From Candidatus Marinacidobacterales bacterium (GTDB lineage Bacteria > Acidobacteriota > Vicinamibacteria > Marinacidobacterales > DATDRI01), in the NCBI GenBank assembly GCA_965226495.1, contig OZ245365.1:4544001-4608000 (forward strand): a stretch of DNA of 64,000 nt. Reading direction: 5' to 3'. The notes under the pieces were generated by a model, which was given only the letters and a program-made list of their open reading frames with translations, had not been told where the DNA came from and searched no databases. This document shows positions 38,816-49,388 of the stretch, in pieces. The position numbers and the translations under genes are program-made. Position 1 is the stretch's first letter. Each line of letters opens with the position of its first letter.

Positions 38816-39016
38816 ACCTTGAACGAGGCCCACGGGGCCTTTTGCTCTTGCCGCAGCCGATGGCGGAACTTCAGGCGATCACGCCACAGTCGCTAGACCA
38901 CGAATTGACAGCCTCACGCATTCGGAGGTAGCGTGGTTTCTTCAAGTGCGGCTTGCGCATACTCGAAGACAATAAGTTGCCTCATTGCAACAAAGGGCAA
39001 AGTCGTGAGGTGCCTG

Positions 39017-40407
39017 TGAGCGAGGATCTCCAAAGTGAGTTGGCACAGGCTGAGGCTCGAGCGAAGTACTACGAAAGCCAGTGTGATTACCTCCTTCGCC
39101 TTTTACCAAATCCCACTTTCGTCATTGACCCTGAGAGTGATCGTTACGTTGAAGTCAGCAAAGGCTATTGCGAACTCCTCGGGTACAGGGAAGACGAGCT
39201 CGTTTCCACGATTCGGCCGACCGACATTCATCCCGACGAGTTAGCTCAATTTCAGGAATTCGGCGAGAAAGTCCGCCGCAACGGGTTCGCCGCAACAGAA
39301 AAGCTCACCTGCCTGACTTCCGATGGGCGAAACATTCCGGTCAAGGTTTACGCCACACTCACTCCAGGTCAGGGAGGGCACATGCTTGTTCGCGCGATCG
39401 TCGTCGAGACACTCGACAGACGCTCAATGGAAGTGGCTCTCCATGACGAGGTCAAGACTCAGTACGACTATGAAGACATCATTGGGGAGAGTGTTGCCAT
39501 CCGAGAGATGTTGCAACAAGTAGAGCTTGTTTGCCAGACTGATGCTGCTGTTCTTATCTTAGGAGAGACGGGAACCGGGAAGGAACTGATCTGCCGAGCG
39601 ATTCATCATCGGAGCCGCAGGGGTTCTTCTCCCCTCGTAAAGCTGAACTGTGCGGCCATTCCTTCGGGCCTTGTGGAAAGTGAGCTCTTCGGTCACGAGA
39701 AAGGCGCATTCACCGGCGCAACCAGCCGAAAACTTGGGCGTTTTGAACTCGCCCACGGCGGGACGATCTTTCTCGACGAGATTGGGGATATCCCGCTTGA
39801 GCTTCAGCCGAAGCTTCTCAGGATCTTGCAGGAACGGGAATTTGAGCGGGTCGGTGGTACCCGCTCAATCAAAGTTGACACACGCCTGATTGCCGCCACC
39901 CACCGCAATCTTGAGAAGGCAGTTTCGGAGGGAACCTTTCGCGAAGACCTGTTCTACCGGCTCAATGTGTTCCCCATCACGCTTCCCCCGCTACGAGCAC
40001 GAACAGAGGATATTCCGCTCCTGACTCGATTTTTTGTCGACCGGGTGTGTGGCCGCTATGGCTGGCCTCCGTGTGAAGTCACCGACACAGCGATGCAGCG
40101 CCTTGTCACCTACCGATGGCCAGGCAATGTTCGCGAACTTGAAAACGTTGTGGAGCGCGCTATCATCCTCAGCCGTGGGCAGACTGTCGAGTCAGCGCAT
40201 ATCCATGTTGGTGAAGTGAGGAGTCACGAGGAGAACCATCCCATCCGACCCCTCAAAGAGGCTGAGCGTGAGCATATCCTTTCCGCCCTTGACGCCACTC
40301 ATTGGAAAGTGAGTGGCCCGGGAGGAGCCGCCGAGCTTCTTGATGTAAAGCCGACAACACTCGAGGCTCGGATGAAGATGTTGAATATCGTTCGGAACCC
40401 TCCCTAG
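39017..40407 (+). CDS. Sigma54-dependent activator (PAS-AAA+-HTH, FhlA-like)
   Basis: PAS domain; GETGTGKE; [15 protein letters not shown]; FLDEIG; WPGNVREL; HTH. Start uncertain (38953-39017). Confidence 0.93.
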
Positions 40408-40441
40408 ATCCCTTCCTAAGTTTCCATTATTTTGGGAGCCA

Positions 40442-40459
40442 TTCCCACCCAAGTGGGAA
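40442..40459. promoter_or_regulatory. Palindromic candidate enhancer (UAS)
   Basis: ttcccac-ccaa-gtgggaa, about 100 bp upstream of the -24/-12 site. Confidence 0.55.
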
Positions 40460-40556
40460 CACGATCAGTTCTCGCCATCCTGCTCCAATAGCGCCATCTC
40501 CAATTATCCCCTGAATTTCCAGCACTTCGAACAACATCGCCCGTGTGCTTCACGGT

Positions 40557-40572
40557 TGGCATCGGGTTTGCT
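40557..40572 (+). promoter_or_regulatory. Sigma54 (-24/-12) promoter
   Basis: TGGCAT-CGGGT-TTGCT matches TGGCAC-N5-TTGCW. Confidence 0.85.
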
Positions 40573-40625
40573 CTATCTCGGTGTAGTTGACAGACACAAG
40601 ACCGATTCTACACAGAGGAACGATC

Positions 40626-41585
40626 ATGACGAAGCCATTGATTCTCATAACAGGAGCCACTGGAAAGACAGGGTCGCCAGTCGCCCAAGGGCTGATCGAG
40701 CGCGGGTTCCCAGTCCGTGCATTCGTACACACCATTGATGGCCGATCTGAGCGGTTGACGGTATTGGGCGCTGACGTGGTTGTCGGCGACTTCCTTGATC
40801 TTCAGTCGGTTCGCTCCGCGATGCGTGACGTCAAGCGGGTGTACTTCTGCTACCCGCCGCAAGGAGACCGGCTCCTCGAAGCCGCCACGAATGTGGCCGT
40901 CGCGGCGAGGGCCGCGGGCGTGGAGGCCGTTGTCAACATGTCCCAGATCTCCGCACGCGAGAAAGCCAGAAGTCCTCTATCTCGCCACCACTGGCTGTCG
41001 GAGCAGGTCCTGGATTGGGCCAATATCGGTGCCGCACATATCCACCCGACCTTCTTCGCGGAAATGCCCTATCTCCTCTCAGGCCAGAGCATCGCGGAGG
41101 AGGGGAAACTGTATCTTCCGTTCGGAAAAGGAAAGCACGCCCCCGTCGCGGCTGAAGACATCGCGAGCGTCGTCGCAGGCATTCTTGCCAATCCCGAACC
41201 GCACATCGGCCAACATTGGGTCGTCACTGGGCCCAAGGACATGACGATCACCGAGATGGCCGAGGTGTTGACCAAAGAGATCGGGAAACCGGTCGAATAC
41301 GTCGACCTCCCAATTGCGGAATGGCGAAAGATTTTGGTGGAGAAGGCCGGGGTTCCTAAGTTCTTGGCAACACATCTGGCGGCTGTAGCTCAAGATCATA
41401 AAGACGGGGTCTTCAGTGCGGAAACAGATGTGGTGGAACGCATTGGAGGCCGTCCGCCATTATCGTTCGCGCAATTCGTTCGAAACCACATCGCCGACTT
41501 CGGCGGGAACACACATTCGAGCGGCAGGCCGCCTGGCACCCACCGTCATTCACACTCGCAAGAACTGAAAGGAGAGCAATCATGA
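40626..41585 (+). CDS. NmrA-family NAD(P)-binding protein
   Basis: ILITGATGKTG...GFPVRAFVH...VAAEDIA. Confidence 0.9.
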   Translation: MTKPLILITGATGKTGSPVAQGLIERGFPVRAFVHTIDGRSERLTVLGADVVVGDFLDLQSVRSAMRDVKRVYFCYPPQGDRLLEAATNVAVAARAAGVEAVVNMSQISAREKARSPLSRHHWLSEQVLDWANIGAAHIHPTFFAEMPYLLSGQSIAEEGKLYLPFGKGKHAPVAAEDIASVVAGILANPEPHIGQHWVVTGPKDMTITEMAEVLTKEIGKPVEYVDLPIAEWRKILVEKAGVPKFLATHLAAVAQDHKDGVFSAETDVVERIGGRPPLSFAQFVRNHIADFGGNTHSSGRPPGTHRHSHSQELKGEQS

Positions 41586-42691
41586 TGAAAAAACCCAGAA
41601 TTCTCGTCACGGCGGCGGCTGGCCGAAACGCTTCTGCCGCCGCATTGGAGCTTCTGCGGAAGGGATTCCCTGTCCGCGCCTTCGTGCGGCGAAATGACGC
41701 TCGCTCGGAGAGGTTGCGCAAAGCGGGCGCTGAGATCTTTGTTGGTGACCTGTTCGACCTGAGTGATCTGCGTAGCGCGCTCGTCGATGTCCAGCGTGCC
41801 TACCATAGTCCGCCAGTTGCCCCCAACCTCCTCCATGGAACGATGCTTTTCGCACTCGCCGCGGAAGAGTCAAAACTGGAAGTCGTGGCCCTGATGAGTG
41901 GGTGGAATCCACATCCAGCCCACCCAACCATCCATACCCGCGAGCACTGGATCGCAAACAACATCTACCGATGGATGCCAACAGTCGATGTCATCTACGT
42001 CAACCCCGGTATCTTTGCGTTTATGTATTTGTTCGGTCTGCCCGCGATCGTGCACTTTGGCATGCTCGTTGGGCCATGGGGTGATGGGCTCAACGCTCCG
42101 CCCTCCAGCGAAGACATTGGCAGTGTGGCGGCAGGAGTGCTCGCTGATCCCTCTCCTCACATTGGCAAGCGTTACCGTCCGACGGGACCCAAGCTCATAT
42201 CGCCGCACGACGTGGCGGACATTCTTACCGACGTGGTCGGTCGCAAGGTCAAGTACCAGGACGTGTCCACCAAGATGTTTCTCAAGGCAGCGAAGGCGCA
42301 GGGAGTCTCGGCCTTCGAGATCGCCCATATTGGTGCCTACTTCGAGGAGGTTCGTGGCGGTACGTATGCGGTCGGAGCGCCGACCGATCACGTTCAAGAG
42401 GTCTTGGGCAGGCCACCGGAGTCTTTCGAGACGGCTGCTCGACGATACATCGCCCAGCCTGATCTAATCGCACCTGGCCTGCGCGCAGGCACGAAGCTCG
42501 GGGCTCTTGCCTTCATGGTCAAGATGATGCTGACCCGCGCGCCGAATCCGGATCGCTGGGCGCGGGAGCGCGATCATCCGATGTTGCGGGAGCCTGTGCT
42601 CGCCCACGACAGTCGCGAGTGGCGCGAAGCGGCAGAGAAGAAGGAGCTTCTCCTTCTGCCGACTTCCGGACTCCAGCGCAAAGTTAGTTGA
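41582..42691 (+). CDS. NmrA-family NAD(P)-binding protein 2
   Basis: ILVTAAAGRNA...GFPVRAFVRR; ATGA overlap with the previous gene. Confidence 0.88.
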   Translation: MMKKPRILVTAAAGRNASAAALELLRKGFPVRAFVRRNDARSERLRKAGAEIFVGDLFDLSDLRSALVDVQRAYHSPPVAPNLLHGTMLFALAAEESKLEVVALMSGWNPHPAHPTIHTREHWIANNIYRWMPTVDVIYVNPGIFAFMYLFGLPAIVHFGMLVGPWGDGLNAPPSSEDIGSVAAGVLADPSPHIGKRYRPTGPKLISPHDVADILTDVVGRKVKYQDVSTKMFLKAAKAQGVSAFEIAHIGAYFEEVRGGTYAVGAPTDHVQEVLGRPPESFETAARRYIAQPDLIAPGLRAGTKLGALAFMVKMMLTRAPNPDRWARERDHPMLREPVLAHDSREWREAAEKKELLLLPTSGLQRKVS

Positions 42692-42896
42692 CAGTCACTA
42701 TGGCTCCCCGGTCCTGACGCGTTTGACGGACCTCTTGACAGAGTGTGTATAACGCTCAGGCTCCCCGCCATGATGTTGTCAGAGTTGAAGTGCCTCGCCG
42801 ACAAAAGAGACGTCCGGATGCCCTACGTCGACGGACCAAGCGATGGCCCGCCGGTCGTCTTGGGACGGACAATACATTGAGAAGGAGAAAGACAAA

Positions 42897-43475
42897 ATGA
42901 CTAAGGAACAGACAACAGGGGGAGCGACGGCTGACCTGACCACGCTACTCGATCGCAACCGGAGCTTTGCTGAGCAGTTCGCGGCAGGAGACCTCAAGAT
43001 TCTGCCCCGTATGTCAACGATCCTCTTGACCTGCGTCGACGCCCGCGTCGATCCTGCACACCTCTTCGGGCTCGGACTCGGTGACGCAGTCGTCATACGC
43101 AACGCAGGCGGCAGGATCACACCCGCAGTGATGGGGGATCTCGGCATTCTCGGCGTTCTGGCCGCCGCCGCCAACCAGCCAGGAACCAACCCTATGCAGC
43201 CGGAACTTGTCGTTATCCACCACACCGATTGCGGAATGTCTCGTCTCGCCAACCCGGCCATCCAGGGACAGGTAGCAAAACGGCTCGGCCTCAGTGTCGA
43301 CGAAGTATCGGCAATGGCGATCAGCGACCCCATCACGTCTGTGCAAGACGACGTCGAACGACTCCGCCACACCCCCGGAACGCCAGACCAACTGGTCGTC
43401 TCCGGCTTCGTCTACGACGTAAGCAACGGGACGATCAACCAAGTTGTGCCACCGGCCCCACTACGCGCCTCCTGA
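42897..43475 (+). CDS. Beta-class carbonic anhydrase
   Basis: LTCVDARVDP, RNAGGR, HHTDCGM zinc ligands. Confidence 0.93.
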   Translation: MTKEQTTGGATADLTTLLDRNRSFAEQFAAGDLKILPRMSTILLTCVDARVDPAHLFGLGLGDAVVIRNAGGRITPAVMGDLGILGVLAAAANQPGTNPMQPELVVIHHTDCGMSRLANPAIQGQVAKRLGLSVDEVSAMAISDPITSVQDDVERLRHTPGTPDQLVVSGFVYDVSNGTINQVVPPAPLRAS

Positions 43476-43763
43476 ACCCAAGGTTTTGGATCTCTGGTGA
43501 GGGTGGTACAACCCTGCTAGCGGGAGCCTGTCAGTAGCTGATGCGCATTCAAAAAGGTTCATTTTGCGACATAGGGGCACGGGATTCTCCTGGAAGGACT
43601 GAAGGTCCCTGCGCTTGGCCCCAAACTGTCCGAAACTTGTCCGAAAACTTCCCACAAACAGCTGCCACTTTCCCCGATACCCGCGTTCGATAAACGACGT
43701 AAACTACTCGCCCATTTTGGGGTTGTTCGTCAAATGTTGTAGCGGTTCGCGCCTTGAATTGCC

Positions 43764-43808
<45 letters not shown>

Positions 43809-43900
43809 ACTTTTTAAAAATCACCGGCTCCTCGATCTTCCGTTCGGACTTGTACACCGGACGACCCAAAAAGCGTTTCTCCACGGTGCAGTAGGCGAAC
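43809..43900 (+). repeat. Island left-end module type B, copy 2
   Basis: Matches 32401-32492. Confidence 0.9.
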
Positions 43901-44017
43901 CGTTCGGGACGCAGTCGGGCTGCCGGCGTAGTTTGTGCCTTTGGGCTGGCGGAAAGCTTGCGTATCGCGGGCGCAACTTCAGGCTTCGGCGAAGTTGCTC
44001 ATCATCCGAAATTGATT

Positions 44018-45412
44018 TCAATCTTCTGCGATGCAGTAGAGGTATTGCTCCCCGCGCAAGAACAGCTCGCGGCCGGCGATTGCGGCTGAGGCGCTGAAGC
44101 TGTCGTCGAGAAGGTTGAGTGCGAGGGCCTTGGGGTTGTCATCATGACTGATCACCAGTGTCGCACCATCCAAGTCGGTGACATAAACGCGGCCGGCGGC
44201 GGCCACCGGCGAAGCATATACGTTGCCGATGCCGCCGAGCCGCAATGGGCCTGGGTGGTCTTCGCCGGTCTTTACACGTAGGCGTGTAAGGATTCCTTGG
44301 TAGTGATAGAGGAAGTACAACGCGTCTCCGTAAAGCAGTGGCGACGGTACGTATGGAGTGCCTCGACTTCGCGTCCATACGACCCGGTTGGTTCCGGTGA
44401 TGTCGCCCGTGGCGTCGTCGAGACGTATGGCCAACAAGTTCCGCGTGTCGTAGCTGCTGCCAGCATAGACCATGCCGTCCGCGGCCACCGGCGAGGCAAC
44501 GATGTTGGCCGACAGCCCGGCGCATTCCCAGATAACCCTACCGGTGGCAAGCTCGTAGCCACGCACACGCTTCGTGCCACTGATGATGACCTGGTGCTTC
44601 CCGTCGTGCTCGACCACAACCGGCGTCGCCCACGACGTGGGCTCGTCACGCTCAACCTTCCAACGCTGTTTGCCGTTTCGCTTGTCAAAGGCAACCACAA
44701 ACGACTGCCCTTCGTGATCCCAGTTGATGATCAGAGTATCGTCGTGGAGCACGGGCGAGCCGCCCTCGCCATGCCCGTGCTTGGTCTGCATGTCGCCCAG
44801 GTCCGTCTCCCATAGCAACTCACCGTCCAAATCGAGGCTGTAGACGCCGTAGGAGCCGAAGAAGGCAAACAAGTGTTCACCGTCAACGACCGGAGAGTTC
44901 GACGCAAAGCTGCCCGTGTAGTGAATGCCTTCATTTGGTATGAGTTCGCGAACCGTCCTTTGCCAAACGATCTTGCCGTCGCGGCGGTCGACTGCAAGTA
45001 CGGCGAATGATTGGCGACGCACCATCGGGAGACCGTCGTGCGCACCGGGGCGGCGGCCGGCAGGCGGCGGGACTTGCCCTCCTGAAGGAATGGCAGCGGT
45101 CAGGAAAATGCGATCGCCCCAGACCACCGGCGTCGAATGCCCTTTGCCAGGAAGCGCGAGCTTCCAACGGATGTTCTTGTCCTCGCTCCACTCCAACGGC
45201 GGGTTGGCGCGCGGCGCGACGCCGGTACCCAGGGGCCCGCGCCACTGCGGCCAGTAGTGATCGGGGGCGGCCTCGTTGTGACTGGGTGCTGCCCGTTCTT
45301 GTTGGGCCTTTTCCGGCGGGTTCTCCGCCCGCGCTCTCGAACCGAAAACGCCCGCGATGCTCATCGCCGCAAGCACCCCGCCTACGGACAGGAGAAAACA
45401 GTGCCACCTCAT
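44018..45412 (-). CDS. Secreted PQQ-like (BamB-type) beta-propeller protein
   Basis: WPQWRGP, WSEDKNIRWK, HSTPVVWGD, repeated SP..G motifs. Confidence 0.9.
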   Translation of the reverse strand: MRWHCFLLSVGGVLAAMSIAGVFGSRARAENPPEKAQQERAAPSHNEAAPDHYWPQWRGPLGTGVAPRANPPLEWSEDKNIRWKLALPGKGHSTPVVWGDRIFLTAAIPSGGQVPPPAGRRPGAHDGLPMVRRQSFAVLAVDRRDGKIVWQRTVRELIPNEGIHYTGSFASNSPVVDGEHLFAFFGSYGVYSLDLDGELLWETDLGDMQTKHGHGEGGSPVLHDDTLIINWDHEGQSFVVAFDKRNGKQRWKVERDEPTSWATPVVVEHDGKHQVIISGTKRVRGYELATGRVIWECAGLSANIVASPVAADGMVYAGSSYDTRNLLAIRLDDATGDITGTNRVVWTRSRGTPYVPSPLLYGDALYFLYHYQGILTRLRVKTGEDHPGPLRLGGIGNVYASPVAAAGRVYVTDLDGATLVISHDDNPKALALNLLDDSFSASAAIAGRELFLRGEQYLYCIAED

Positions 45413-45956
45413 TGCAAACCGAGCAACCTCGCCGGATTGGTCTTGCTCATGCGATCGATCTCTTCCTCGGTGAAGCCTTGATCCCGGAGCATAAGGATAA
45501 AGGAGATCATACCGTCGGTGTGAACGGGATTCAGCTCCTGGCCGAGATCGGTGGAAAGGATCGCATTGGCCGTTCCGACGGCTCGGATAAATGTGGCCAG
45601 CGTCTCGATCGGCAGCCCTCCGTCTGGCTTAGCCTTTCCCGTGTCCGCCGGGAGCAGAGGGTTGAAGCAATATTCGAGATACGCTCCCAGGCGTGCCGCG
45701 TCAACCTGTTGCTCCAACGTCATGCCCACGGCCGGCGCCATCGGATGCGTCACGATAATGCGATCGATACCCATCGACTGAAGGCATTGACCGCGCGTGG
45801 GCCGCTGTCCGGCGACGCATGGACATGCACATCGATGGCGCCCTTCAGCGCGGCGCTGGCTTCTTCCCAGGATCCGGTTTGGGAATGTCCCGAACCGGCC
45901 CCGATCAGCATCGCCGCACTCGAGCACAGGAGCGTGAACGCGAGTCGTTTCTTCAT
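45409..45956 (-). pseudogene. DUF6282-like amidohydrolase-fold protein with an internal deletion
   Basis: Signal plus GAIDVHVHASPD, then a frame jump to IIVTHP...GAYLEYC...ILSTDLGQ...KTNPARLLGL; too short for the family. Confidence 0.65.
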
Positions 45957-45977
45957 CTTGGACTCCGTTCGCCCGCT

Positions 45978-46194
45978 TCAGCGAAGTTTCTGAAACTCAT
46001 CGACGGACACGCCTAGCTGCCGAAGAATTTTCTGAAATAGGGGTGGGCCGATTTCTTTACCACCGGTGGATTGGAATCGTTACCGCGCGACCATCCGGAT
46101 GATTCCAGCGCTCGTGGCTACCCGTCTGGCGAGACTTGGTGAATCCTAGCTTGCTGGCCACCTTCCGGAATTCCCGGGCGGTGGCGCTAGGCAT
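45978..46194 (-). pseudogene. hicA: HicA-family mRNA interferase toxin, +1 frameshift (possible read error)
   Basis: MPSATAREFRKVASKLGFTKSRQTGSHERWNHPDGRAVTIPIH|GGKEIGPPLFQKILRQLG; not in the ORF track. Confidence 0.85.
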
Positions 46195-46399
46195 TTACGA
46201 TTTCAGTAGTATCGTTCGGGAGTGGCTGGCCCTTCTCCCGGTATTCTTCGGCGATCAACTCGAAAACCTGTGCCAACTCCGACAAAGCCTCCGCTCGTGT
46301 CGACATGAGCGCATAGCAGCCGGAGAGCGCGGGAACTTCCGCTACCCAGGAGCCGTCTTCCTGCCTGTAGAGGACCGTCTTGTAGTCGTCGAGAGTCAT
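46187..46399 (-). CDS. hicB: HicB-family antitoxin (short, no DNA-binding domain)
   Basis: YKTVLYRQEDGSWVAEVPALSGCYALMSTRAEAL...GQPLP; overlaps the hicA start. Confidence 0.88.
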   Translation of the reverse strand: MTLDDYKTVLYRQEDGSWVAEVPALSGCYALMSTRAEALSELAQVFELIAEEYREKGQPLPNDTTEIVNA

Positions 46400-46565
46400 C
46401 TGTCTCAGCATAGCATCGCTTTCGGGTCCTCTCAACAAAGCGCCCTCCAATCCAGAAGCGTTTCTCCAGGCGACCATTGGACTCCACGCGTTCGGCTCAT
46501 CATTCGGACAGTTTTCGCCCACAGCGCCCACTCTCCTTCAACATCAGCGCCTTGCAAGAGACCTT

Positions 46566-46650
46566 TGGGTACATTGAACCAACCTCCCGCACGTTCCGTT
46601 CGCCACTTGCGCTTCATCCTCCGCGTGGGTGCCGCGAGGTCGTTGCGCGC
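46566..46650 (+). repeat. About 80-bp repeat, copy 2
   Basis: Matches 38736-38815. Confidence 0.85.
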
Positions 46651-46888
46651 GCGGAAGGGGAGGGGTAGGGGTCCGAATCTTGGGGGGGAAAAGCCCTGCA
46701 AAAAAGGTCGCCAGGAGCCCTCCCGCCCGCGCTAGCCTTCCAACACGAAGCGTCCCGCTAGCTCCGACGTTGGGCGCTCGTTTCGCTCCCACCTTGGCCC
46801 GCGGGCATTTCTTGACAGCTGAAGGGGGGGCGTGTACGATGATCGCTCTCAACCGCGGAGCGGTCCCAGCCAGCTCTCGCCAACAGTT

Positions 46889-47905
46889 ATGTTAAAGAGC
46901 GGATTCAGACTCTGGATCGCTGGGGCGGTATTAGGCCTCGTTTTCGTTCCTGGACGAGCCCTTCCAGACGTTATCACTCCCTGGATTCCGCTCTTCAAGG
47001 GCGTGGATCACGCCACTGGCGCGTCGAATGATCCGCGACTCCAGCAAGTCAACGCCCTTCGCATCGATCTTCTAGATCCGGACATCCGTATCTTCACCAC
47101 GCCAACGAATGGCGCGGGGCTGCTAGAGACCGATGGCCAAACGGCCAGCCAGTTCTTGACGACGTACGATCCCCAGGTGGCGGTCAACGCTAATTTTTTT
47201 CTTCCTTGCTGCGATCCCTCTTTTCCTATCGTGGGGACCGCCAAAGAACTGAGAGGTCTGGCGATCTCGGAGGGAACGACCGTCTCCCCGAATGACGACC
47301 TTACGATCTTCGGCTCGGACGCATGGCTCTTACTGATTGAGGCTGACAACCAGGCCCGGATAGCTTCGGCCTCGATGCCGGGAGAGCTTTCCGGCGTCTT
47401 CAGCGCGGTCACCGGGGCGCCGATGATCTTGTCGAACGGCTCTCCCACGAGTTTGGAGGGTGGCGTTCATCCGCGGACAGCGGCCGGGATCAGTCAAGAC
47501 GACCGCTACCTGTTGATGCTTACCATCGACGGCCGCCAACCCGGCTTCAGCGACGGGGCAACCCTGGGCGAAACCGCCGATTGGTTGCTCCAATTCGGTG
47601 CATTCCACGGGCTCAATCTCGATGGGGGCGGCTCCACGACCATGGTGATGTCCGATGGCGCGGGCGGCGCATCGATTCTCAATAGCCCCATCCACGACGG
47701 GGTTCCCGGCACCGAGCGCGTCAATGGGAGCCACCTAGGCGTTTACGCCGCGCCGATTCCAGCCGCGGTTCCAGAGCCTAGCGTCGGCTGGCTTCTTATA
47801 CTGAGCGCCTTGGGCATGGCTATGGCGACTCAAGCGGTCCCAAACGGCCGGCTCTGTGGCGTTAAAGCCTTCCGTAATCCATTTCAATTCACGCCGAAGG
47901 TCTGA
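46889..47905 (+). CDS. Phosphodiester glycosidase (NAGPA/DUF2233-like) with PEP-CTERM sorting signal
   Basis: AVNANFF, HPRTAAG, IDGRQPG, NLDGGGST, VPEPS plus TM helix. Confidence 0.88.
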   Translation: MLKSGFRLWIAGAVLGLVFVPGRALPDVITPWIPLFKGVDHATGASNDPRLQQVNALRIDLLDPDIRIFTTPTNGAGLLETDGQTASQFLTTYDPQVAVNANFFLPCCDPSFPIVGTAKELRGLAISEGTTVSPNDDLTIFGSDAWLLLIEADNQARIASASMPGELSGVFSAVTGAPMILSNGSPTSLEGGVHPRTAAGISQDDRYLLMLTIDGRQPGFSDGATLGETADWLLQFGAFHGLNLDGGGSTTMVMSDGAGGASILNSPIHDGVPGTERVNGSHLGVYAAPIPAAVPEPSVGWLLILSALGMAMATQAVPNGRLCGVKAFRNPFQFTPKV

Positions 47906-48724
47906 CGCCGCCTGCCATCGCGCATCAGGATCCTTTTCAAGACAAGCCCTCACAACTCGATCGAGTGAGCGAGGAGTCAACGCCTGCAACTCAAACATCG
48001 GCTGGGGCTCGGAATTCATAATTGCGCCGATTAAGCTTGCCTGGCTTTTTCCCTCGAACGATCGGCGGCCAGTCACCATTTCGTAGAGGATTGAGCCAAA
48101 CGCGAAGATATCGGTGCGCGTGTCGGCTTCCTTCCCTTCGAGCTGCTCAGGAGCCATGTACTGAAAGGTTCCAAGGATCGAGCCCTCCGTCGTAAGCGGC
48201 TGCGCTTCCGTGGGCAACGCTGACAGACCACCGGCATCCGTTTCCGCTACCGACATCTTGGCGAGTCCGAAGTCGAGAAGCTTGGCCCCGGACTTCGTCA
48301 GCATGATGTTGCCAGGTTTCAGGTCGCGGTGCACGACGCCTTGGCGGTGGGCTTTGTCCAGGGCGTCGGCAATCTCGATTCCGTACTGAAGAGCCTGGTC
48401 TAGCGGGAGAGCACCTTTCTTTAGTCGGTCGGCGAGGGTGTCTCCTTCGATGTGCTCCATGACCATGAAGTCGATGCCGTTCTCGCTGCCGATGTCGTGA
48501 AGCGTGCAGATGTGTGGATGGTTCAGACTGGAGACGGCGCGGGCTTCTTGCTCGAAGCGTCTCAGGCGTTCGGGTCCCGTGGCAAGGTCCTCTCGCAGCA
48601 CCTTGATGGCTACGTCCCTGCCAAGCTTGAGGTCTTTGGCCTTGTAAACCTCACCCATGCCGCCCGCACCGAGTGGTGCGAGGATTTCATAGGGACCCAG
48701 CTTAGTGCCGGGTTTTAATGACAT
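47860..48724 (-). pseudogene. Ser/Thr kinase truncated just after the kinase domain (ORF continues to 47735 on borrowed sequence)
   Basis: All kinase motifs intact; homology to paralogs ends at ELKWITEG. Confidence 0.88.
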
Positions 48725-48742
48725 GGCCAGCCCTTTGAGCGT

Positions 48743-48773
48743 GAAAATAGCCCTGCACAGGCTGAAGAGTCAA
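48743..48773 (-). promoter_or_regulatory. Repeated sigma70-like promoter module, copy 5
   Basis: gaaaatagccctgcacaggctgaagagtcaa. Confidence 0.7.
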
Positions 48774-48918
48774 TGGGGGACGCTTGCCACACTGTGCGGG
48801 AATTGTGCGGGAACTGGTAACAACTCGGAACGACTCAGAACAAAACGGGGAGACGGAAAGCCGCGTTTTTGTTGCTGTACGTTGCTCTCAGTGGTCCTAC
48901 GTGGCTCTCTCCATCCCC
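48774..48918 (+). repeat. Island right-end (arm-like) module, full copy
   Basis: Homologous to 32196-32355. Confidence 0.85.
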
Positions 48919-49001
48919 CTCATAACCCAAAGGTCCCGCCTTCGCCCGCTGCGCCGAATCGTTGGCTTCGGCGAGGCGAGCGCATCCTGCTCCCGCCACC
49001 A
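48919..49001 (+). repeat. tRNA-fMet 3' half, copy 4, T-arm interrupted by an approximately 48-bp GC-rich hairpin
   Basis: ctcataacccaaaggtc [ccgccttcgcc...ggcttcggcgaggcgagcgc] atcctgctcccgccacca. Confidence 0.9.
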
Positions 49002-49070
49002 ACTTTTTCGAACTCCCGGGAAAAAACTTGCCCGGGCAAGTTTTCGCGAAATCTCGCGACATTCCGGCTC
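49002..49070 (+). repeat. Island left-end module type A, copy 2
   Basis: Matches 27491-27560; perfect 22-bp palindrome aaaacttgcccgggcaagtttt at 49023-49044. Confidence 0.8.
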
Positions 49071-49080
49071 TTAAGGCAAC

Positions 49081-49263
49081 TCAACCCCCGAACAGCCGTT
49101 TCATCTCCTTGCGAATGTGGCGGCGTGCCTCGTCTCTGCTCGATAGGTTGAGTTGATCCAGCGAGTATCGAAATGTCTCCAGTACAGCGGTGACATGCTT
49201 GCAGTAAGCCGCAAGCTCTTCGCGCCGTCTCTTTTCGTCGTCGAATTGGGCAATTTTCGTCAT
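49081..49263 (-). CDS. Small hypothetical protein
   Basis: MTKIAQFDDEKRRREEL...RLFGG with SD ggag; weak support. Confidence 0.45.
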   Translation of the reverse strand: MTKIAQFDDEKRRREELAAYCKHVTAVLETFRYSLDQLNLSSRDEARRHIRKEMKRLFGG

Positions 49264-49388
49264 GAGCGCTCTCCGAGAGGATGAGTTCCGCAGGAAACGT
49301 CTCGTCGCCCGCACGACCTGCCGCGTCATATCAATAGACAGGCAATACCAACCCTGATGAGCTTGCGGGCAGTTCGTGAAATCCAGCC

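Noticed and set aside
42810-42865. Hydrolase-like fragment (MPYVDGPSDGPPVVL)
   Set aside because: Too short to call without a database search.
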